From an uncultured delta proteobacterium (GTDB lineage Bacteria > Desulfobacterota > Desulfobacteria > Desulfobacterales > JAFDCJ01), in assembly GCA_963769935.1 (NCBI GenBank), contig CAVYNY010000011.1, positions 480,001 through 544,000 of the forward strand: DNA of 64,000 nt, given 5' to 3'. Of this stretch, positions 19,526-27,878 are shown in pieces (the stretch's first letter is position 1; the number at the start of each line of letters is the position of its first letter). The position numbers and the translations under genes are program-made. Under the pieces are notes generated by a model. That model was not told where the DNA came from. It searched no databases and saw only the letters and a list, made by a program, of their open reading frames with translations.

Positions 19526-21268
19526 ATGGACAAAATTTTAAGGATTAACATGGGTGCCGACGGCGGCCCGGTCGCCAGGACTGAACCCCTGGGGGACTAT
19601 GCCGGTTTGGGCGGCCGCGCGATGACGTCGACGATTGTCGCCAAGGAAGTTCCCCCGCTGTGTCATCCGCTCGGTGAAGACAACAAACTGGTCATCTCCC
19701 CGGGCATACTCAGCGGGTCGGCAGCCGCCATGTCGGGCAGAATATCGGTTGGCTGCAAAAGCCCTCTCACGGGTGGTATCAAAGAAGCCAATGCCGGCGG
19801 CCAACCCTCACAAATGCTCGCCCGCCTGGGCTATGCCGCCATCGTCTTGGAAGGCAAACCCAAGGGCAACAAACTCTACAAAATATTCGTCAACAAAGAC
19901 GGCGTGGACATCAAGGAAGCCAACAGTTTGTGCATGCTGGGCAACTATGACGTGGTAGACAAAATGAAAGCCGAATACGGTGATAAAATCAGCTGCATCT
20001 CCATCGGTCAGGTCGGGGAGATGAAACTGGCCAGTGCTTCGATTGCCTTTTCGGACATGGAACTACGGCCGACCCGTCATGCGGGCCGCGGCGGCGTAGG
20101 CGCTGTGATGGGTGCCAAAGGGGTCAAGGTTATTGTAGTGGACGATACCGGCTGCACCATGCGTCAACCGGCCGATCCGGAAAAATTCAAAGAAGCCAAT
20201 AAGGAATTTGTGGCCGGTCTGCGCAAACATCCGGTAACCGGAGAAGGGTTGCCGACATACGGTACGAATGTATTGACGAACGTCCTCAACCAGGCCGGTG
20301 CCTATCCGACGAAAAACTTTATGTGGGGCAATTTTGATGGTTGCGAAAAAATCAGCGGTGAAACCCAGGCGGAGACCGAAAACGCCCGTGGTGGAGAAGG
20401 ATCGGCCACCCATGGCTGCCACCGGGGATGTGTCATTCGGTGTTCCGGAACCTATTATGATAAAGACGGCCACTATTTAACCAAACAGCCGGAGTACGAA
20501 ACGGTTTGGGCCCACGGCGGCAACTGCGGTATCAGCGACCTGGATGCGATCGCTCAAATTGACAGGCTGGACGATGATTTCGGGGTGGACACTATCGAAC
20601 TGGGCGCCACCATTGCCGTTGCCATGGAAGCCGGCGTGGCTAAATTTGGCGATGCCGAAGCCGCCATCAAACTGGTCAAAGAGGTCGGCGCCGGAACCCC
20701 GCTGGGGAAAATTCTCGGCAGCGGCGCCGCCGTCACCGGTAAAGTTTTCGGCATCGAACGGATTCCGGTGGTTAAAGGCCAGGCCATGCCGGCCTACGAT
20801 CCGCGGGGGGTGCAGGGCCAGGGTGTGACTTACGCCACTACCACTATGGGAGCAGATCATACTGCGGGGTATGCCGTCACCGCAAACATATTGGGCGTCG
20901 GCGGCAATGTCGACCCGCTAAAGCCTGAAGGCCAGATTGAATTGTCGCGCAACCTCCAGGTGGCAACGGCCGCCATCGACTCAACCGGCATGTGCCTATT
21001 TATTGCGTTCGCGATATTGGACCAACCGGAGACATTTCAGGCCTTGCTGGATCTGCTTGGCTCATTTACCGGACAGCCGATGACAGCCGACGATGTCACC
21101 GCCTTCGGCAGGCAGATACTCAAACGCGAACGGGAATTCAATTTCAACGCCGGCTTTACCAAAGCCGACGATCGTTTGCCGGAGTACTTTAAAAAAGAAA
21201 AACTCCCGCCGCATAATGTAACGTTCGCGGTGACGGACGCCGAACTGGATGAAGTATTTAACTTTTAA
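19526..21268 (+). CDS. aor: Aldehyde:ferredoxin oxidoreductase (W/Mo-pterin AOR family)
   Basis: GLGGR, KSPLTGGIKEANAGG, AGRGGVGAVMGAKGVK, CHRGCVIRC, PEYETV, DDFGVDTIE, PAYDPRG, GADHT, DDRLP. Confidence 0.95.
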   Translation: MDKILRINMGADGGPVARTEPLGDYAGLGGRAMTSTIVAKEVPPLCHPLGEDNKLVISPGILSGSAAAMSGRISVGCKSPLTGGIKEANAGGQPSQMLARLGYAAIVLEGKPKGNKLYKIFVNKDGVDIKEANSLCMLGNYDVVDKMKAEYGDKISCISIGQVGEMKLASASIAFSDMELRPTRHAGRGGVGAVMGAKGVKVIVVDDTGCTMRQPADPEKFKEANKEFVAGLRKHPVTGEGLPTYGTNVLTNVLNQAGAYPTKNFMWGNFDGCEKISGETQAETENARGGEGSATHGCHRGCVIRCSGTYYDKDGHYLTKQPEYETVWAHGGNCGISDLDAIAQIDRLDDDFGVDTIELGATIAVAMEAGVAKFGDAEAAIKLVKEVGAGTPLGKILGSGAAVTGKVFGIERIPVVKGQAMPAYDPRGVQGQGVTYATTTMGADHTAGYAVTANILGVGGNVDPLKPEGQIELSRNLQVATAAIDSTGMCLFIAFAILDQPETFQALLDLLGSFTGQPMTADDVTAFGRQILKREREFNFNAGFTKADDRLPEYFKKEKLPPHNVTFAVTDAELDEVFNF

Positions 21269-21295
21269 GACGCCGGTTTTGGATGAAACGAAATG

Positions 21296-21326
21296 GGGGA
21301 GGCTGGTTGTCGGCCTCCCCTCTTTA
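21296..21326 (+). terminator. Intrinsic terminator after aor
   Basis: GGGGAGGCTG-gttgt-CGGCCTCCCC hairpin followed by TCTTTA. Confidence 0.7.
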
Positions 21327-21395
21327 TTCCAACATCGAAAACCTGATCCTCTGGGCTAGGCCAGAGAAGATTGGCTTAGCCGCAAATGATTACTA

Positions 21396-21489
21396 GGGAG
21401 TACTGGAATAATGGAGTATTGGAGTGATGGTTAAAAAGTCACCCATCGCCCAGCCAATACTTCAGCACTCCGTTGCTCCGATACTCCAA
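21396..21489. repeat. Second copy of the GGAGT octamer-arm palindromic element
   Basis: GGAGTACTGGAATAATGGAGTATTGGAGTGATGG ... CCAATACTTCAGCACTCCGTTGCTCCGATACTCCA. Confidence 0.8.
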
Positions 21490-21504
21490 AACAGGGAAGA
21501 GATC

Positions 21505-22113
21505 ATGAACACTGCCATCGACGCGACTGCTGATCAGAGCAACGGTACGCATTGCCTGCATTTAGCGATCAAGGTTTCCGAATCTTTTATACCCTCTTTT
21601 TTTGGACTTCTTCGAAGCGGATTTACCATCCAGGTCATGGTGGGCTGCAACCTGCAGGACATGTTAAGCCGTCAACTGGGTATCGATGAAAACTACCTGC
21701 AGAATCGGGTTCAGACGATTTTTTTAAACAACAGTCCGGTTGACGATACCGTTGCAGCGATCATCGCGGATGGGGCCACCATATCGCTGTCTGCCGCCAT
21801 GCCGGGACTAAATGGGGCCGTGATGCGCCGGGGCGGTTTACTGGCTTCCCTGCGCCACTCCATTTCTCACCACCCAGACAATGTCTGCATCGAGCCGCGG
21901 CGAGGAAAAATTAAACTAAAGCTGTTTAATTTAATCGCCAAAGAAGTTGGACCTGATTTTTTAGCCAGAGGCATCGTTGTAGAAGGAGAGGCGCTGGCTG
22001 GTGTTTTCGCATTACAGACTCCGCGATTCTGGCAGAGTGTAAAATATGTTGAAATCGACAGCGCGCGCCAGGCAGCCGAGCAGCTGCGACGCCTTCGATT
22101 TGTCGACTCATAA
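21505..22113 (+). CDS. Hypothetical protein with a probable internal ThiS/MoaD-like beta-grasp segment
   Basis: VQTIFLNNSPVDD...IIADGATISLSAAMPGLNG resembles the ThiS/MoaD C-terminal pattern; directly after aor. The ORF extension to 21424 runs through a repeat; the C-terminus may extend to 22144 if one base is an error. Confidence 0.6.
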   Translation: MNTAIDATADQSNGTHCLHLAIKVSESFIPSFFGLLRSGFTIQVMVGCNLQDMLSRQLGIDENYLQNRVQTIFLNNSPVDDTVAAIIADGATISLSAAMPGLNGAVMRRGGLLASLRHSISHHPDNVCIEPRRGKIKLKLFNLIAKEVGPDFLARGIVVEGEALAGVFALQTPRFWQSVKYVEIDSARQAAEQLRRLRFVDS

Positions 22114-22254
22114 TGTCTTCCTTCAGGTCCGTCCCGACCAATAGCGCGACCACCCCGGCTGGCTGAACAAGTATTGCCGGTACTCGATAAAATCAAACCG
22201 GGTCGATCGCGACGTCACGGCCCGATCCGCCGCGCAAGGTCCGTATTCAGCCCG

Positions 22255-23178
22255 CTAACTCTGGGGAAACTGCTTGGGCCCGAACAGTTTGATTTTTTCA
22301 TCCGGGGCCGTCTTTACATCCGGTTCGGCCGGCGGGGTTTGGGTAGCGGGTTCAGATTCGGCGGCCGCTGATTCGGATGCCGGCAGGGGCTGCCGGTTTT
22401 TGAGCAGATTTTCGGGAACATAAACTTCATCACCCCCCTTGAGCTGATCGGGATTGAGATCCGGATTGGCGTTGGCCAACGCCTTTCGATTGGCCGGATT
22501 GCCTGTATACCACCGGGCGATGTCCGCCAATTTTTCGTTGTCCTGTTTGACCGTGTAGGCGAAGTAGTCCGAGGTGTGCTTCGCGGCGACTTTCTGCGGC
22601 AAACACACGCGGGTCTTCAGCAAAGACGGCGGTATATAGATAATATCGCCGCTTTTGATCCGATTTGGATCAAGACGCGGATTGGCGGCGGCCACTTTGC
22701 GCCAATTTCGGTATGAGCCGGTGTACCATGAAGCAATCAAAGAAAGCGATTCACCGGGCCAATGCACGGTGTGCTTATAAAAATTCTGGCGATCTTGGCC
22801 GCTGAAATTTTTCGGCAGCGGTTCCCGGGTCTTCAGTAAATCGACAGGAATACGGATTTCACTGCCGACGGCAATTTTTCGGGGATTCACATCCGGATTT
22901 ATTGCGGCCAGATTTTTTTCGTTTTTCGCATCTCCGGTATACCATTCCGCCACGTAAGCCAGCGTTTCCCAGGACCAGCGGCAGTTATGGATAAAATATT
23001 CATCCTGTCGATCCCGGTTGGATTCATCCGCTTCCGATTTTTCAAAGTTCAACTTTTCGCGGATGACAGACTGCCAATCATCGAATTTTTGTTCGACACC
23101 GGCACATCCCCAGCACATGCCGACAACAATCAATCCAATAAAACTGATGGTGGTTGAAGTTCGCGACCTGGTTTTCAT
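22255..23178 (-). CDS. Probable lipoprotein with three LysM-like repeats
   Basis: Hydrophobic leader ending GMCWGC; three repeats ETLAYVAEWYTG...AINPDVNP...IRIP, ESLSLIASWYTG...AANPRLDP...IYIP, EKLADIARWYTG...NANPDLNP...VYVP. Confidence 0.85.
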   Translation of the reverse strand: MKTRSRTSTTISFIGLIVVGMCWGCAGVEQKFDDWQSVIREKLNFEKSEADESNRDRQDEYFIHNCRWSWETLAYVAEWYTGDAKNEKNLAAINPDVNPRKIAVGSEIRIPVDLLKTREPLPKNFSGQDRQNFYKHTVHWPGESLSLIASWYTGSYRNWRKVAAANPRLDPNRIKSGDIIYIPPSLLKTRVCLPQKVAAKHTSDYFAYTVKQDNEKLADIARWYTGNPANRKALANANPDLNPDQLKGGDEVYVPENLLKNRQPLPASESAAAESEPATQTPPAEPDVKTAPDEKIKLFGPKQFPQS

Positions 23179-25103
23179 CCCTTTGCTCCTGTTTTCTTTT
23201 TCACTCGGTTCAGGTACCTTTTGGCGGATTCATTGCGTGGGTTCAAGGAGACCGCCTGCTCCAGATTTTTAATGCATTGTTTATGTTCGCCCAGCTTTTC
23301 ATTTATGACGGCAAGATTGAACAGCGCTTCATCCGTGAAGGCGGGCTCCAGTTCCACTACCCGACGATACATCTGCTTGGCCTGCTGATAGTTTTCGGTA
23401 ACGGCATACACGTACCCGAGATTAAAAAATGTATCCGGCAGGTGAGGCGCCAGATCACCCACTTTAAGATAGGTTTCGATTGCCTTGGAATAATTTTTAC
23501 GGGTCATATAAACATAGCCAAGATTGGAAAGCACTGAAATATTAGCAGGATCAATCTCCAGGGCCTTCAACAATAGATTCCCGGCCTTCTCCGCATCGGT
23601 CTTGATAAGGTCAGCCGCCTGCCCCTGCAGCGCCTTGACATAAACCTCCGAAACGGAATCTATCATGGACGGGTTGCCGGCCATGATTTCTTCCAGCAAG
23701 GTCGCGGCCAGGGTATAGTGTTTGGCAGCCAGGGCTGTTTGAGCAGCCGTCAGTTTGCTGGTCTCAACAGCTTCCGCCGGGGCGGACGACGATGGGGTGA
23801 CGGTCGATGTCTCGGGCTGGGAGCGGGAAAACGAAATTTGCTTTATCCCTAAAGCCACCACCACCAGAAAAGCAAGAACCACCAGAGCCGGCATCAATAC
23901 GGCCGACTTGATGTGCCGCCGTCCAGGTTTGCCGGGCGGGTTGCTTTTTGGGGCGGGATTCCGTTTACCCGGCCGCAGCATTTTGGCCAACTGCCGCCAG
24001 ATGCCCTTGAACAAGGTCTGCTTGAATTGCTCCAGTTTTTCGTTCAGAAACGCTTTCGTCAAAACAATGGTGTGCTCATAGGTTTCTTCTTTGGCCGGCG
24101 GCCGATTTTCTGCTTCATTCTCACCGGCTTCAAATATCTTGGATTTGGCCCAGAGTGCCAGTTCTTCTTCGACAAATTCCTCCTCAAAGAGCTCCTTCAG
24201 GTACTGGGCAAAATTTCTGGCGTTCGGCCGCAGGGAAAGTCCAAACGCACACTCTTCCACATCGGCCAGCATATCTCCGGCGGTTTGGTACCTTTTTTCG
24301 GGATCTTTGGCCAAGGCCTTTCGCAAAATGTCATTGAGCTTGGCGGGAAGATCGGGGATCACCTCCTCCGGCGGATCATATTGAGCCTCGCGCACCAAGG
24401 ATAAGACATGCATGGTTTCGCCTTCAAACATTCGCCGGACCGCCAGCAGTTCATATAAAATGATGCCGCTTGAAAAAATATCCGAACGATGGTCGATTTG
24501 CTGGCCGTTGGCCTGTTCAGGGGACATGTAAGCCAATTTGCCTTTGATCAGATTTTCTCGGGTTTTGGTGTTGTGATTGGCGGCTTTGGCAATGCCGAAG
24601 TCGATGATTTTTACCTGCCCTTCATAGGTGGCAAATATATTTTGGGGATTAATGTCCCGATGAATAATGTTCAGCGGTTTTCCCTGCAGGTCTTTTAAAT
24701 TGTGCGAGTAATCCAATCCCGCACAGATGCGGGCAACAATGTAGAGAATATTCTCCATTCCCAACGGCATGTCCCTCTTTTTGGCGGTTTGCCGGATGGT
24801 GCGCAGATCTTTGCCGAAAAGGTATTCCATAGCGATAAAATATTGGTCATCCATACTGCCGAAATCATAAATCTGGACGATATTTTCGTGATGCAGCAGC
24901 GCGGCCAATTTGGCCTCGTCGATGAAGGCCGTTTTCAGATTCTCTTCCTCGGAAAGATTCGGCAGAATTTTTTTGATGGCAATCAGCTTCTCAAAGCCCT
25001 GAACGCCGGTTAACTTGGCACGGTACAGCTCGGCCATACCGCCCACGGCGATTTTGTCTAAAAGCTGATATTTGCCGAATTGTGTGGGTTGAAATACCGT
25101 CAT
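23175..25103 (-). CDS. Hanks-type Ser/Thr protein kinase with one TM helix and C-terminal TPR repeats
   Basis: FGKYQLLDKIAVGGMAELY, IAIKKIL, HRDINPQN, DFGIAK, YMSPEQ, SDIFSSG; TM LMPALVVLAFLVVVALGI; TPR-like repeats LSNLGYVY, FFNLGYVY, LFNLAVIN. Confidence 0.95.
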   Translation of the reverse strand: MTVFQPTQFGKYQLLDKIAVGGMAELYRAKLTGVQGFEKLIAIKKILPNLSEEENLKTAFIDEAKLAALLHHENIVQIYDFGSMDDQYFIAMEYLFGKDLRTIRQTAKKRDMPLGMENILYIVARICAGLDYSHNLKDLQGKPLNIIHRDINPQNIFATYEGQVKIIDFGIAKAANHNTKTRENLIKGKLAYMSPEQANGQQIDHRSDIFSSGIILYELLAVRRMFEGETMHVLSLVREAQYDPPEEVIPDLPAKLNDILRKALAKDPEKRYQTAGDMLADVEECAFGLSLRPNARNFAQYLKELFEEEFVEEELALWAKSKIFEAGENEAENRPPAKEETYEHTIVLTKAFLNEKLEQFKQTLFKGIWRQLAKMLRPGKRNPAPKSNPPGKPGRRHIKSAVLMPALVVLAFLVVVALGIKQISFSRSQPETSTVTPSSSAPAEAVETSKLTAAQTALAAKHYTLAATLLEEIMAGNPSMIDSVSEVYVKALQGQAADLIKTDAEKAGNLLLKALEIDPANISVLSNLGYVYMTRKNYSKAIETYLKVGDLAPHLPDTFFNLGYVYAVTENYQQAKQMYRRVVELEPAFTDEALFNLAVINEKLGEHKQCIKNLEQAVSLNPRNESAKRYLNRVKKKTGAKG

Positions 25104-25320
25104 AAAATCACAGCGGGGCTGCCGGTGCCTCTGAAATTTCGCCTGCGCGATAGCGGCCTGCAAAAAATAATCGAATATTGTTCCAGTTTTCTGATATTGG
25201 AAAAAAATTTCCAATTCAGGCGGCATGGACCCGCCGCCTTGCCCTCGGTTGCACGACCGGAATGGATCGTATTCATGACATGTATCGGCCCTTTCAGGTA
25301 GAACTTAAGATCAATTTGGG

Positions 25321-25522
25321 GGCAGAGCGCCAGCGGCGCCAGTTCATAGCTGATAGCTCATAGTTGATAGGATAAAGGCGAAAAGCGTGCGGCAGACGGC
25401 AATAAAAAAAGGTATAGAATATAGGGTATAGGGGCAAGGCAAACAAAAAGGTTGGAGGTTGGAGGTTGGAGGCGGGAGGGGATGGGCGCAAGGTGCACGG
25501 CGCACGGCTTACGGCGCAACGG
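25321..25522. repeat. Composite of heptamer tracts (TAGCTGA, TATAGGG, GGTTGGA, GCACGGC)
   Basis: Successive tandem tracts; the AGCTGATAGCTCATAG and GGCGCACGG blocks recur reverse-complemented at 55067-55138, and the first also at 46278-46308. Confidence 0.75.
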
Positions 25523-25619
25523 TTGATAGCCCCGGTTAAATTCGCTGCGCTCGATATCTTCGATATATTTAACAGGGTAAAGGTTGATCAGGTTGGCGCT
25601 CACGAACATACGAACTTAA

Positions 25620-25712
25620 AAGCTCGCGAGCTTATCAGCTTACCAGCTTACCAGCTTCTCACCTTCTTAGCTTCTCAGCTTCTCAGCTTCTGTTTTCTCT
25701 TCTCTGTCCTCT
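25620..25712. repeat. Octamer (AGCTTMYC) tract overlapping the HD-GYP stop codon
   Basis: AGCTTATC AGCTTACC AGCTTACC AGCTTCTC ACCTTCTT AGCTTCTC AGCTTCTC AGCTTCTG. Confidence 0.8.
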
Positions 25713-27067
25713 ATTTTTTCCGTTGACGTCCCAATGGTATGGGCAGGTAGTTCTATCCAGCCGGTATCCTCTTTGAACTGCTCCTCCCGGATGCGGTTGA
25801 ATTCATCCTTCAGCTGCTCAAACACCTCCACGACCCGGGGGTCGAAATGGGAACCGTTGAGGCTGAGAATAATTTGTCTGGATTTATCATGGGTATAAGC
25901 GCGTTTGTAAAATCGCTCTGAGGTCAAAGCATCGTAAACATCAGCCAGGGCTACAATCCGGGCGGACAGCGGAATATTCTCACCCTTGAGCCCCACGGGA
26001 TAGCCGCTGCCGTCCCATTTTTCGTGATGGCTATAGGCGATCTCTTTTCCCATTTTCAAGAATGATTTTCCTTCAATCTGTGATTCGATCGCCCGGATGA
26101 CTTCACCGCCCAGCAACGTATGACGCTTGATAATTTCAAACTCCTGCGCGGTAAGTTTATCAGGTTTTAAAAGAATGGCATCGGGAATGCCGACTTTACC
26201 GATGTCGTGCAAAATGGAGGACTGATAAATATCATCAATATAATCAGGAGTGATTATGCTGCGGAAGGCAGGATTTTGCGCCAGTTCTTCAGTGAGAATT
26301 TTGGCATACTCGCGGATTCTTTCCAGGTGAGTCCCAGTGCCTTCATCACGGTATTCGGCGAGTTTGGCAAGCCCCAGGATGGTTGCCATCCTGGCATTCT
26401 GCAGTTTGCGGTAGGAATCCAGCAAATCCATCTCGAGTTTTTTCTTTTCGGTGCGGTCCCGCACCAAACCCCGATAGCCGCAGGCGGCATCGTTGGTGTC
26501 CTTTAAAAGCGATACGGAAGCCTCGATAAACAGGGTCAACCCGTCAACGTTGAATTCACAATCAAAGGCTTTAACAGGCTTCCCGCTTCGGCGGCAGTGT
26601 TCAAAGGTTTCCAGAACCAGCCTGGCATTTTGATCATCCAGGAATTGCCGGTAATTCGTCCGCACCATTTTTTCCTTGGCATAACCGAATATATTGCCCA
26701 TCGAGTCGTTGACGAATTTGAAGTTGCTGTCAAAATCCACCTCGTAATAGCCTTCCTCAATGCTTTCCAGTATGGTACGATATTTTTCTTCACTCTCTTT
26801 TAAAGCCTGCTCGGCTTCTTTGCGCTTGTTGATGGTATATTGCACGTGCGATCCAAATATCATAAACAGACATAAGACGATAAGCCGCAGCCACATTTCG
26901 CTGACATTGGGTCCGAATATATCGCGATAGAAATTTACCTCTTCCGGCGAAAATAAATTTATAAACGATTCCAATCCCCAGTACAGGAAGGCCAGAAAAA
27001 TGCCGACCAGCACCGTCTGATCGGCCAGGTTCAAAGGTTTTTTTATCTTTTTTTTCAATTTATTCAT
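25667..27067 (-). CDS. Membrane-bound PAS/HD-GYP cyclic dinucleotide phosphodiesterase
   Basis: Two N-terminal TM segments, PAS (EEKYRTILESIEEGYYEVD), EYRDEGTGTHLER, LHDIGKVGIPD, HHEKWDGSGYP, ADVYDAL. Confidence 0.93.
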   Translation of the reverse strand: MNKLKKKIKKPLNLADQTVLVGIFLAFLYWGLESFINLFSPEEVNFYRDIFGPNVSEMWLRLIVLCLFMIFGSHVQYTINKRKEAEQALKESEEKYRTILESIEEGYYEVDFDSNFKFVNDSMGNIFGYAKEKMVRTNYRQFLDDQNARLVLETFEHCRRSGKPVKAFDCEFNVDGLTLFIEASVSLLKDTNDAACGYRGLVRDRTEKKKLEMDLLDSYRKLQNARMATILGLAKLAEYRDEGTGTHLERIREYAKILTEELAQNPAFRSIITPDYIDDIYQSSILHDIGKVGIPDAILLKPDKLTAQEFEIIKRHTLLGGEVIRAIESQIEGKSFLKMGKEIAYSHHEKWDGSGYPVGLKGENIPLSARIVALADVYDALTSERFYKRAYTHDKSRQIILSLNGSHFDPRVVEVFEQLKDEFNRIREEQFKEDTGWIELPAHTIGTSTEKIEDREEKTEAEKLRS

Positions 27068-27102
27068 TTCTGGATGTGGTTTTATTCATTTCTGGATGTG
27101 GT
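27059..27102. repeat. Perfect 22-bp tandem duplication spanning the HD-GYP start codon
   Basis: TTTATTCATTTCTGGATGTGGT at 27059-27080 and 27081-27102. Confidence 0.9.
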
Positions 27103-27373
27103 ATTTTTCGGGTCGGATTAATTAGTTTACTCTATTTACGGTTTCAAGACCAGCGTAATTTGGCTTGGTTGCCGGATTGCTTCGCCGCCGCTCCACCGGC
27201 AGACCCTATCCCCCCTTGATAAAAGCCTGGATAGTCTCAAGCTAATAACCCATTATCCACCCCGTTGTTATTGACCTGATTCAGCGAGCCTGCTAAAATA
27301 TAAAGGTAAAGGGCACCGGTACGATCCATTCAATCAGCAACGATGCCGAAATCGGGGTTAAAGGATCGCCAAA

Positions 27374-27661
27374 ATGATACAGAGACTCAAACAATACGCT
27401 ATCATTGCCGCAGCTGTATTTGCGCTCTGGGGCATACTGGACAATCATTTCATTTTCGAAGGGTATCATGTTCACCTGTTAAAAAAAGCGGAGCTCAATC
27501 TGCATGACACTTTTATCAGCCTGCACAACAAAAGGCCGGAATTTATTTTAAAAAACGACCGGCTGCGGGAAGCAGGCATTGGGGATCTGATGGTGGAGAT
27601 CGGAATGATAACCGAGGATGAAAAAAGCCGGTTGGAGGACAAATACCGGTATGGTGAATAG
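27374..27661 (+). CDS. Hypothetical 95-aa protein with N-terminal hydrophobic helix
   Basis: AAGGA upstream; YAIIAAAVFALWGIL followed by a charged soluble domain; best ORF in the gap. Confidence 0.7.
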   Translation: MIQRLKQYAIIAAAVFALWGILDNHFIFEGYHVHLLKKAELNLHDTFISLHNKRPEFILKNDRLREAGIGDLMVEIGMITEDEKSRLEDKYRYGE

Positions 27662-27878
27662 GAGCACCATCACGGAAGGGCATAAGTTTCCGAAAAAATC
27701 GTTGTCCGTAAGATACACGGCGGTTTTTTGCGGACCTAATGGTCGGCAAACACCCGATGCAGCGCAGGGTCGCTGGGAAATATTCTCAGTATACTTTTAA
27801 ACTCATCGGTGGAGTCGAGGGTGATGGAACCATCGACGATGTGTTCGGCAATACTGATTTGCTGGTTGATATTACTTC

